Shown one piece after another: positions 42,227 through 51,360 of a stretch of DNA of 64,000 bases. Position 1 is the first letter of the stretch; the number at the start of each line of letters is the position of its first letter. Under the pieces are notes generated by a model, which was not told the origin of the DNA, searched no databases, and worked only from the letters and a program-made list of their open reading frames with translations. A program made the translations under genes and the position numbers. The DNA lies in contig JBBIRK010000001.1 of NCBI GenBank assembly GCA_037441845.1, positions 63,836 to 127,835 on the forward strand, given 5' to 3'. This DNA is from Candidatus Zixiibacteriota bacterium. Its GTDB lineage: Bacteria; Zixibacteria; MSB-5A5; UBA10806; 4484-95.

Positions 42227-45200
42227 AATTCCGCCTTCGCTTGCAGGCGTAGGTTATAATTATCATAGCCGTCGCCGAGCCGTTTATACGAATAACGGAT
42301 CTCCATTTCGGTATAACTATTCAGCCTGAACCGGAAAAGCAACAATCCATCGAAATTGTCGCCGTCCTTGCGGCCATCGGCGAAAAGATAAGCAATCCGC
42401 GATCGAGTCTGCGCGTTTACGCGGAGATAATTAAGTTGACTTTCGAACCGGCTCATCGCGCCCAGACTCAATACCATCTTCAGTCCCCCGCCGAACGAGG
42501 AAACTCCAAAGTCGCGCCGAATCTCTCTTTCGCGCCGAACGGAAACCGGTATTTCAAGTCTGAACGTTTTTGAAAGTTTGTAGAATTGAGTCAATTCGAC
42601 TTTGTAGCGATGAATATCGTAAGCACCCGAATAGATGACACGCTTATCGGCCGCATATCCGGCCGCGAACAGGTAACCCATCGTCTTCTGAGGATCGAAC
42701 CGCAATTCGATATCAACCGCGCTTAACCTGTCGTCGACCGATTCGAAATCGTACCGTGCCCCTCGATTTCTCGACAGGTTCAAAGTATTGCGTATATATT
42801 CGAAGGGCGAGGGGAGCCTGAACGTGGTTCGATTGCGCATGTCGAAACTCTCATACCGGGGACGCGAATAACCTCCGAATATGGGAAAAAGATGACCTAT
42901 TTGGAGATCGACTTCGGGGGCAAGATCATTTTCGAATGCAAGATCGTTCTCGATAGTGATTTTTTTGGCGAATGACGAAACCGGCAAAGCGTCTCCCTCG
43001 AAACGCGACCGCCAGCCGCCGGATATTTCATACCCGGCCGGCCCGTAATCTCTAAGCTGTCCCGCCGGCCTGATTACCTGAATATATTCGCCGCCTTGTT
43101 CGGGAACATAATCCTGTCCGTCAAGCCGATAATCACCCTTGCCGCGTCCTACATAGACGAACTCCCGAACCTTGGCTGATCTGGTCGATCCATTCAGGTT
43201 TTCGTAAAATGAAAATGCTATCCCCGGGTAAGTCAGTTCGATCTTGGAGTTCCCGGCGTATCTTGTAGATCTTTCTATATTCGGATAAAATGCCCGATTA
43301 TCGATGTAAACCAATCCCAATTCTCCGGAGACGCCCTTTCCTCCCCCGTCGAGTTTGACCGCGGCTTCATATTGGTCGGCGCGGCTTTGATAAACCCACT
43401 GATTCGAAGTGAACACGGATGGGGCGAATCGGCGGCGGCGCAATATATATTTTCCGCTCGAGGATAATCTCCCGGTAATTCGGAGATCCGCCGATGATTC
43501 GATTTCCACGACTCTTATCCCCTCAGTACTCCGGTCTTGACCTTTCTTGATGTCATAGCGCCCGACAAGCGAGGAGGCGATACGGCGGCCGGAAAAACGG
43601 GTTCCGGTTTCGAATCTATCCCATTGGGACTTATTTGTTGCCCCGCTTTGCCTCGATTCCGACAAGTCAACGGCTCCGAACAGGTTTAATCCTTGCAATG
43701 CCCTAAATGAAACATGGCCGAACCGATTGCTTGCCGAGATGCCGTCGGCTTTTAATTCTCCGGCTCCGACACGAATGTATTCGCCGGAATTCGATACCGC
43801 CGACGTCATAAATTCGCTTTGTCGTCGGTAACGCCCGGTCGAAGTCAAAGGAAGGTTGTACTGTCGGAACAGCTCGATCGTATCAATTGCCCCCGGGACA
43901 ATGAAATAGTTGTCGAATCTTCTATCTTTAATTTCCAGAATGTTGAAATCCCATACTCGACCAAGCCCCGGAAGACTGTCTTTTTTCCAGCCTCCGCTTA
44001 AAGAAATTCCGAGTCCCGTTCTGATATTATCAGCCGATGACAATTTATTCAGGTCATACCTTGAAACCGCCAGTTCGCTTCGAAAATGCAAATCTCCTTC
44101 GGATTTAAGCATGACCGAACCGTAATTCGCCGAATTCGGCAGAGGAAAATACTTTCTGGCCAAATACGAACCGAGACCTTTACCGACATATACATATCTG
44201 CCGAAACCTGCATATTCGTAGTCACCTTTACCTGTCCCCACAAGGCTGAAATAGACGTCATAAGAGCCGGAATCGACTCCCGCATATACGTAGATCGTAT
44301 CAAGTGATGAATCCACGATTGCCTCGTAATTACCCTGATTTTGCCCTACATAGCTGGCTCCGCCGATAAATGCTGATTCGGGGTCGGCGCCTGCCGTTTC
44401 GATAGCCCTTTTTTCAGCATCTCCGAGCTCGAAAGCCCGGGGACGCGATTCGTCATCGTTTTCGCCGATGAATTGAAAACTGATTGTCGGGCCGCGTTCA
44501 AACGCAATATCGCTTCGATAAAAGGAACGGCGATAATTTTCCAAAGGCACCTGGAACTTAACGCTGATCAAATTTTGGGAGGTGATAATCACCTTGGGCG
44601 TAAAAGTAATGTATCCGTAATCGTAATCTATTTCATAATCGTTATCGATTCCCCTCGAAAGTTTTCTACCGTCGATAAAAACCTCCTCGGTTCCCCGGAC
44701 TATGGTCCGTTGACCTGTTCCCGTATTGGCAGCAAGTTCGCCGCCGGTTAACGGATAAGGCCCTTGCCTTCCGTCGACTCCGAAGAATCGGATTTCCTTT
44801 TGCGCCCCGGGAGAAAATGCCACCGCTCCGGTTCCGGAAACGGGCCCGCCGAAACCGCTTAATTTCAGGCCGATCAGTCTGCGCCTGAAATCGAGAATGG
44901 AACCATCAACACCGGATAATTCGAGATTGCCGAAATCAGCGGCGAATGTCGGCGAGGTCAGATTCACCGAGACCCGGTCAAGCTCGTCCACAGCCTCGGT
45001 TTGCCCGCCTGCGCCGAGATTACGATCGGAGATATTTCCCGAAAGTCTGACATTGCCACCGAGATTTCCGCTTATGATCAAATCGAGACTTTGGGTCAAC
45101 GACGGCTCGCCGCTGTTCCCGAAATTGACCGCGAAGTTCTTACTTCCCGCCAGCTCAATGCCACCCGTTTTGTTTATAACCGGCTGAGGACGGCCTGCAA

Positions 45201-45537
45201 AAGTCGTGGTTTCCGGCCGATCGATTTCCTCCGGTCGCATGAGGTAATAACTATCGCTCAGCATAAGCGGCCAAACCTCAAGACGGACGAGCACGCTATC
45301 GCCGATAGGAAGAGAACGCGAGAAAAAAATGATCTTTTCCCTGAGGTCGATTCTATAATCCATTCCATCGACAAGAAGCGAATCCCTATATTGGACCTTT
45401 TCGCTTGCGGGAACAATTTGTTTTTGACAGAGAGCATACGGCCCGGTGGTGCCGTTGCCGGTGATGACGATTTCGATTGTCTCTGTTGCCTGGGCGATTG
45501 TCGCGCCGAGAATAAAGAGAAGCAAAAGGCGCTTCAC
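42223..45537 (-). CDS. Large outer-membrane beta-barrel protein with SprA-like N-terminal repeats
   Basis: Signal peptide; two GPY.L..IV..[ST]E.V...L..G.DY.ID...I.F modules; many amphipathic strands; ends LRLQAKAEF. Confidence 0.7.
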   Translation of the reverse strand: MKRLLLLFILGATIAQATETIEIVITGNGTTGPYALCQKQIVPASEKVQYRDSLLVDGMDYRIDLREKIIFFSRSLPIGDSVLVRLEVWPLMLSDSYYLMRPEEIDRPETTTFAGRPQPVINKTGGIELAGSKNFAVNFGNSGEPSLTQSLDLIISGNLGGNVRLSGNISDRNLGAGGQTEAVDELDRVSVNLTSPTFAADFGNLELSGVDGSILDFRRRLIGLKLSGFGGPVSGTGAVAFSPGAQKEIRFFGVDGRQGPYPLTGGELAANTGTGQRTIVRGTEEVFIDGRKLSRGIDNDYEIDYDYGYITFTPKVIITSQNLISVKFQVPLENYRRSFYRSDIAFERGPTISFQFIGENDDESRPRAFELGDAEKRAIETAGADPESAFIGGASYVGQNQGNYEAIVDSSLDTIYVYAGVDSGSYDVYFSLVGTGKGDYEYAGFGRYVYVGKGLGSYLARKYFPLPNSANYGSVMLKSEGDLHFRSELAVSRYDLNKLSSADNIRTGLGISLSGGWKKDSLPGLGRVWDFNILEIKDRRFDNYFIVPGAIDTIELFRQYNLPLTSTGRYRRQSEFMTSAVSNSGEYIRVGAGELKADGISASNRFGHVSFRALQGLNLFGAVDLSESRQSGATNKSQWDRFETGTRFSGRRIASSLVGRYDIKKGQDRSTEGIRVVEIESSADLRITGRLSSSGKYILRRRRFAPSVFTSNQWVYQSRADQYEAAVKLDGGGKGVSGELGLVYIDNRAFYPNIERSTRYAGNSKIELTYPGIAFSFYENLNGSTRSAKVREFVYVGRGKGDYRLDGQDYVPEQGGEYIQVIRPAGQLRDYGPAGYEISGGWRSRFEGDALPVSSFAKKITIENDLAFENDLAPEVDLQIGHLFPIFGGYSRPRYESFDMRNRTTFRLPSPFEYIRNTLNLSRNRGARYDFESVDDRLSAVDIELRFDPQKTMGYLFAAGYAADKRVIYSGAYDIHRYKVELTQFYKLSKTFRLEIPVSVRREREIRRDFGVSSFGGGLKMVLSLGAMSRFESQLNYLRVNAQTRSRIAYLFADGRKDGDNFDGLLLFRFRLNSYTEMEIRYSYKRLGDGYDNYNLRLQAKAEF

Positions 45538-45540
45538 AGA

Positions 45541-46473
45541 TCAATCCTCGTAAAGCGGCTTTAACAGCAGAATCCGCGAAAGTCCCGCATCCGCCAGATA
45601 AAGCAGCGTATCTCCCGATGGACAAACGGCCGATAGCGATACGGAAGGTCCGAAATCAACACCGCTCCATGAGATTAGAACGTTGCCCCGCCTGTCGAGG
45701 CCGTTTAATTCGGTTTCGTCGGTTATCCAGATAATTCCGTTCGACGAGACTCCCACCGAATTGGGAGCTTTCCCAGGACTATCAAGACCGGCTATCGGCA
45801 TACCGAAATCATCGAAAACCGCGACTTTACTGCGGAGTCTATCGGCGATGATGACCCTCGAATCGGGGGCGATAGCGATTCCGGCGGGATATCCGATCTC
45901 CAGATGACTTCCTATTTCCCCGAAACTGTTCACGTAACTGAAAAACGGATCGAGTTTGTAGCATCCTCCCAAGCCATCATCGCCCAGATAAATGTAGCCG
46001 CTGCGGCTTACTTTTATCGAGGTCAAGTAGCGAAACGGAATCAACTGCTCCCGCCGGAAACCTATATGCGAGGAGATGTAATCGAGCCTGAAATCAAAAA
46101 TCACCACCCGTGAATTCCCGGAATCGACGACGTAGACGTTGGAAACGTTATCGATCGCAATCGAGATCGGGCCTTTAAGGGCCGTTTCTTTGAAACCGGA
46201 GCCGCCGCATTCGGCCATGAATTCGCCGTTAGGGCCGATTTTCACCACTCGGTCGTTGCCGTAATCGGCTATGAATAATTCACCCCGATCATTGACCGCT
46301 ATATCGGAGGGAGCCCTGAGCGGCTTATTCGATCCGATTTCGGGACCTAATACCCCGACGGAGGTTATACCGATTACATGCGGCGGCCGAGCCGCATTCG
46401 AGATATCACTGGCGCCGCATCGGCAAAAAAACAATAGGACTGATATGAATAAGATTAAACACGAGCGCGACAT
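45541..46473 (-). CDS. NHL-repeat beta-propeller protein, exported (possible lipoprotein)
   Basis: PSDIAVNDRGELFIADYGNDRV, PISIAID..NVYVVDSGNSRV, PAGIAI. TGATG overlap with the upstream gene. Confidence 0.88.
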   Translation of the reverse strand: MSRSCLILFISVLLFFCRCGASDISNAARPPHVIGITSVGVLGPEIGSNKPLRAPSDIAVNDRGELFIADYGNDRVVKIGPNGEFMAECGGSGFKETALKGPISIAIDNVSNVYVVDSGNSRVVIFDFRLDYISSHIGFRREQLIPFRYLTSIKVSRSGYIYLGDDGLGGCYKLDPFFSYVNSFGEIGSHLEIGYPAGIAIAPDSRVIIADRLRSKVAVFDDFGMPIAGLDSPGKAPNSVGVSSNGIIWITDETELNGLDRRGNVLISWSGVDFGPSVSLSAVCPSGDTLLYLADAGLSRILLLKPLYED

Positions 46474-47240
46474 CAATTGAATTGCTTCGATAAGCCGAGA
46501 TAAAACGTCGAAGCGCCCGATCCGGTGTAATAGCGGCAATCCAAATCGATTCCCGAAAATCCCAACCGCCTGTTGAACTTTCCCGCGGAGATAAAGGCAT
46601 CGATCGCGGACACCAAATGATTGACGATGACTCCGCCGATCACCAGGTCGGCGCGCCGGTAGGCGGTTTTACTCTGATTGCGCAATTTGCGATAATGTTC
46701 GCGCGACTGCCGGCTGTCCCAATTCCAGTAATAATCGGGCGTCTCCGGAAATATCAACGCTTCGTCTCTATCGATAACCCTTATCATCTGATTGTAGCCG
46801 AAACCGTCCGGCTCGTTGCTATCACGGTTATCGTAGTAAGTCAGCTTGGTCCAATATCGATCGTCATCGTTATAAGGGCTGGCGCCGGCATGCAAAACCG
46901 CCCAGCCTCTGGAGGCCTCGCTTTTCATTTTTCCAAACTTGCGGAATCCATAGAACGAAATCCATAACCCGCTTTCGATGCCCGCGTATAATTTCGTTTT
47001 GAATACATTTCCGGAGTAATATTGCCCTGCGCCGGGCAAGATCAGCGAATACAAGCCGGCAAGGAATCTCGACTTCGCTGCTTTGCCCGATACCTGACCG
47101 GACAGCGGGATGTTCAGATCTTCATCGCCGCCAAGCCGTCGCTCGGCCATCTGCAATTCAAGGGCGGTAATTATCGACTGGGCCGCTGCAGGCGATACGG
47201 CAATAATAGTCAAAAGCAGTATTAAAACGATCTTGCGCAT
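46473..47240 (-). CDS. DUF5683-like exported protein (paralog 2)
   Basis: Signal peptide; KS..AGLYSLILPGAGQYYSG; NHLVSAIDA. Confidence 0.75.
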   Translation of the reverse strand: MRKIVLILLLTIIAVSPAAAQSIITALELQMAERRLGGDEDLNIPLSGQVSGKAAKSRFLAGLYSLILPGAGQYYSGNVFKTKLYAGIESGLWISFYGFRKFGKMKSEASRGWAVLHAGASPYNDDDRYWTKLTYYDNRDSNEPDGFGYNQMIRVIDRDEALIFPETPDYYWNWDSRQSREHYRKLRNQSKTAYRRADLVIGGVIVNHLVSAIDAFISAGKFNRRLGFSGIDLDCRYYTGSGASTFYLGLSKQFN

Positions 47241-47241
47241 A

Positions 47242-48054
47242 TCAAAATTTATAATCCATTGTCAACACCGGCGCCAAAGTCCGGCCGAATTCCCGCGATT
47301 TGAATTTGAGCGAAAATCGTTTCTGTCCCTTGTTGAATTTTTTGGCCGTCAGGGCGGCATCGAACGCCGATATCAGGTGATTGCCGATCGCCACCATAAT
47401 CATGGTGTTGGAATTTTGATACAGGTCGTTGGCCTGACGACGTAAATCGAGATAAAAATCTCGATGGGGAGACGTGGTTTCCTCACCGAACGGCGGCGGT
47501 TCGATGTCTATATCATCCCAGCCGATCTGGAATTCGTTATATTTTCCGATATTTTCGTAATATTCATGATTGAACAGCGGCCGGTTGTTGTAATCATCCC
47601 ATGGCATTTCGTGCGAATAATTCTCTCTGATATCCTCCGGTATCTGATTCCACCAAGCCCGAAACTCCCGCCAATCGTAATGCTCATCGGCAAAGGCGAT
47701 ATATTCATTTTTCTTCTTATCACCCTTACTTTGATAGACAAAGTAGGCAGTCCAAACGGTGGCCTCTATGCCGAGAAAAACGAAAGGTTTTATGCGCGAA
47801 CCGGCGTAATATTGACCGGCGCCGGGCACGGCCAGCGAATAAAAGAAGGCCTTCTTGGTGGATTTGGTGCCGAATTGATAAATGTCGGCCTCAAGCGGCT
47901 CATCCTCGAACTCGAAATCGGAATTGTCGGCCAAAAGGCGACCGACTGTCATATCCGCTTTGGCGAAATGATCGCTTACGGTGAAACTTCGTTCAGCAAA
48001 TATCGGGTGCGTTGCCAGCATGACAATCAATATGATCATTCCAAACGCGCGCAT
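47242..48054 (-). CDS. DUF5683-like exported protein (paralog 1)
   Basis: Signal peptide; KSTKKAFFYSLAVPGAGQYYAG; NHLISAFDA. Confidence 0.75.
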   Translation of the reverse strand: MRAFGMIILIVMLATHPIFAERSFTVSDHFAKADMTVGRLLADNSDFEFEDEPLEADIYQFGTKSTKKAFFYSLAVPGAGQYYAGSRIKPFVFLGIEATVWTAYFVYQSKGDKKKNEYIAFADEHYDWREFRAWWNQIPEDIRENYSHEMPWDDYNNRPLFNHEYYENIGKYNEFQIGWDDIDIEPPPFGEETTSPHRDFYLDLRRQANDLYQNSNTMIMVAIGNHLISAFDAALTAKKFNKGQKRFSLKFKSREFGRTLAPVLTMDYKF

Positions 48055-48064
48055 CGTTCCTCCT

Positions 48065-51000
48065 CTATTTTATCAAGGCAACTTTCAGGATCATGTGTTT
48101 CTTCGAATCGACGGCATCGGCCTCGATTCTGGCCAGATATACGCCTGGGGCCACATTACGGCAATCCCAGGCGATTTCATTATCCGAACCGGCTATCGCC
48201 GCCCCTGACAGATTTTCCACGAGCTCTCCGGAGAGGTCGAATATTTTCACGACAACCCTGGCATCGCGATCGGAATAATAGCGGAAAGCCACCCGATCTG
48301 AGGCCGGATTGGGATAACAATAAACCGAGCCGTCGGGCAGAAATCCGGATGCGGAGCTGATCGGGCGATTAAACCGGGCATCCAAAACGGGATTGGCATA
48401 ATGGCCGCCATCGGACATGGGCCATGGATTCCTAAGGGAATCGTAATCGGCCTCAAGATTCCAGGCGGTTACGAATCCGAAACTATCAAGTGCGGCGATC
48501 TCCAGCGCGCCGTTGCCGTCGAGATCACAGGCGATCGGCGGGCCGATCAAATGAGACGTTGTCGGCAACGGAAAACCGGGCAGGGGAATTCCCCTGTAAT
48601 CGTAAGCGGCAACCCCGCCCCCGGGCAACGCGAAAATGATATCGGGATACCCATTGGAATTAAGATCGGCCAGCGTCACCGCCGGGGATTCCGCCGATGA
48701 GTTGGCGGCGAAATTCAATCTTACCGGAAAGCCGTTGAGATAAACACAATTACGATTCAAAGCATAAATCGTCAAGAAACGATCACCGCCGATCAGTGCG
48801 ATGTCCGGATAGCCATCGGTATCGATATCACCGACCGCCGGCGGCCCAAGATTGGGCAGAAGTCGTTGCGAAAGCGAATACTCAGCTCCGTCGATCAGAC
48901 AAAGATAATCGCCTATGACTACGACGGCATCGGCAAACAGGTCACGGTCGAAATCGGCCGCCGCCAATCCGCGGTATTGACCATCGGGCAATGTAATTTC
49001 GCCAACAAACGTGAAAGATATCCCGCTTCTACGCAAAATTCGACAGGTGAATGATAAATCATCTGCGCAAATAATGTAAGCCACCGAATCGGCGATTGCT
49101 ACCGCCCTTGGCGTTCGGGTGAGACTGTCCAAAACCGTCATCGCCAGGCTGTCCGGCGAGAACATTTTCAGATATCGAATAGTCTTGTCCTCAAAACCCA
49201 CAACGATTTCATCATTACCGTCGAGATCCAAATCGATAGTCAGTGGGGATGCAGTGACGTCGGCAGGAAAGGTCAAACCGGTCATGAAATCCGACAGCGA
49301 ATCGAGCGGAAAGCTGTCGATAGGCGCATAAACCCGAAGGATACCGCGATTATCCAACAGGATAACCTCGAGACGATCATCGGCTATTAGATTTCCGGCA
49401 ACGGGTCTCGCGGCCAATGAAGTATCATTGATGGTGAACAACGGCAGATCATAAATCAATGAATCGCCGTCGAAACGCGGAACATACAATCCCGACGTGA
49501 GCGGAAAATAGGGCGTGCCGTCATGCTGCAGGCAAACCAGGAATCTACCCCCGCCAGTCAGTAATTCATTGCGGCCGTCGGCGTTCAAATCGAGAAACAA
49601 GAGGTCGTGATTATCGCCGATATAAGGAAAACCCATGACCGGGAAACCCGGTCGGAACCAATCTATCCTGATGCTCCCGCAATGCATCAGCGTATCCGAC
49701 GAATCTATATCCGTAATCCAGATATGACTGTCCGCGCCGAGATTCGAGCGGCTGCTCGGATTGGTAAACGGCGATAAGGTGGCATTATTGTCTATCCGAT
49801 AATAGTCGTCCGCCGAGCCGTAGCCCGTATAGTAGTTGCCGCCGAAATCTATTATGCCGTCGGCCTCGACCACGGTCAGAAACCGCCTCGATGGGTCCCA
49901 TTGAAGGGTGTTATTGAGAAAATTGTTTCTTCCGTTGCCCAAATAGTCCATATAGGCGACCGTCTCGTCCACGTGCCAAATTAAAATTCCATCGCCCGGC
50001 AAAAGACGGTCATATTCGCCGGTGGGGACTTTTATCGTATCGTTCATATCGAAATAGGCATAACCGGGTCCGAGAATGACGCCGGTCGCCGGATCCGCCA
50101 AAAGTACGTTTGGTATGGAGGGGTTATAATCCAGGTAACCGAAATCCGCCGTGGTTTGACGATTTTCGATCAGGAAATACTCGTGTTCGGATATCGGCAC
50201 CTTGACGATTTCATTGTTGAAGTATGCCTGTTCGGCCGCTCTTACCGGAACGTTCTGCTGGTTCACCACTTCATGCACCGCCGAGAAACCCAAATAAGCT
50301 CTCGACCAGGCATCCGGATAGATCGGCAGTGCCCCATTCACGAATCGGGCTCCTTCGCCGAGGTCTATAGCCACGGACATACCGTTATTGTCCATCAACG
50401 AAAAATCGCCGACTTGGGTCATGAAATTAAGCGTGCTGTAGATATCGACCAGCCCCAATTGGTGTCCGAATTCATGCGCCAGCACTGCATTCAAGCAGGT
50501 AATCCGATTGTCCTGAGAGGCAGTCTCGGGCATGAGCAACCCCTCGCTGATGTAGTTGCGGCCGCTGTCCACGCTCACGGAGTCGCCTAATGATATAAAT
50601 CCTGTCCAAAGATCGTTGGGAGTGTCGTCAATAAAACTAAAGTTATTTTGCTGATCGCTGCCGGCGTGGAAAATTATAACTGATTGAAAACGTCCGAAAT
50701 CGAGCTGGGGAAACTGACTATCGGCCAGGGTGATCGAATGGATGAAAAACCGCTCCAGCCCGCTGATTATGCTATCGGGATTTCCCCCGCTGCCGTAATA
50801 CGACATCGGAAAAGGCAAACGCAACGAAACGGTCTCCTCGACCGGATAAATTTCCCAGATCAGGCGCAACCGCCTATCGGATACGAACCGCCAGTAGCGG
50901 GCGAGCGCTTCCATATGCGACGAAAAGTAAGCTGTGTTGTGAGGAGCGGGATCCAGAAAATGGCCCTCTTCCTGCAAGAATTGCTCGTAACTCCGCAAAT

Positions 51001-51349
51001 CGAATGTACCGTCGCCAGTGGTCGTGGGGTCATCGGGGACTTCCTGCTGAAAGTCGACTTTCAGAACGAGGACGTTCAGAGTATCGATCTGAGAGGAAAG
51101 CGCAAGGGGTAGATTCCCCTTGGCAACCGGCAATCCGAATTCGGTTTCGCGCTCGAGTTTCAACAGATTTTTCCGTGACACCATCGAGTGGAACCCGGTG
51201 GTTCGGGGTCGAGATTCCGATGGATTCAGCGACCATTTCCCGCCGGATTGAACGGGCCTAAGCACCGACGGAGGTAAAGCCGAATGGACGGCGACCCAAA
51301 ATGAAAATACGATTGGAATTACGATCCAGCGGATTTGCGATGCGCTCAC
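48065..51349 (-). CDS. M6 (immune inhibitor A-like) metalloprotease + FG-GAP repeats + T9SS-like C-terminal domain
   Basis: LKVDF, IFHAG, AHEFGHQLGLVDIY, FSLMD, YFLIENRQ, GILIWHVDE; D[LI]D.DG repeats; YPNP...IFDLSGELV...WD...APGVY. Confidence 0.9.
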   Translation of the reverse strand: MSASQIRWIVIPIVFSFWVAVHSALPPSVLRPVQSGGKWSLNPSESRPRTTGFHSMVSRKNLLKLERETEFGLPVAKGNLPLALSSQIDTLNVLVLKVDFQQEVPDDPTTTGDGTFDLRSYEQFLQEEGHFLDPAPHNTAYFSSHMEALARYWRFVSDRRLRLIWEIYPVEETVSLRLPFPMSYYGSGGNPDSIISGLERFFIHSITLADSQFPQLDFGRFQSVIIFHAGSDQQNNFSFIDDTPNDLWTGFISLGDSVSVDSGRNYISEGLLMPETASQDNRITCLNAVLAHEFGHQLGLVDIYSTLNFMTQVGDFSLMDNNGMSVAIDLGEGARFVNGALPIYPDAWSRAYLGFSAVHEVVNQQNVPVRAAEQAYFNNEIVKVPISEHEYFLIENRQTTADFGYLDYNPSIPNVLLADPATGVILGPGYAYFDMNDTIKVPTGEYDRLLPGDGILIWHVDETVAYMDYLGNGRNNFLNNTLQWDPSRRFLTVVEADGIIDFGGNYYTGYGSADDYYRIDNNATLSPFTNPSSRSNLGADSHIWITDIDSSDTLMHCGSIRIDWFRPGFPVMGFPYIGDNHDLLFLDLNADGRNELLTGGGRFLVCLQHDGTPYFPLTSGLYVPRFDGDSLIYDLPLFTINDTSLAARPVAGNLIADDRLEVILLDNRGILRVYAPIDSFPLDSLSDFMTGLTFPADVTASPLTIDLDLDGNDEIVVGFEDKTIRYLKMFSPDSLAMTVLDSLTRTPRAVAIADSVAYIICADDLSFTCRILRRSGISFTFVGEITLPDGQYRGLAAADFDRDLFADAVVVIGDYLCLIDGAEYSLSQRLLPNLGPPAVGDIDTDGYPDIALIGGDRFLTIYALNRNCVYLNGFPVRLNFAANSSAESPAVTLADLNSNGYPDIIFALPGGGVAAYDYRGIPLPGFPLPTTSHLIGPPIACDLDGNGALEIAALDSFGFVTAWNLEADYDSLRNPWPMSDGGHYANPVLDARFNRPISSASGFLPDGSVYCYPNPASDRVAFRYYSDRDARVVVKIFDLSGELVENLSGAAIAGSDNEIAWDCRNVAPGVYLARIEADAVDSKKHMILKVALIK

Positions 51350-51360
51350 GCTACACCTGT

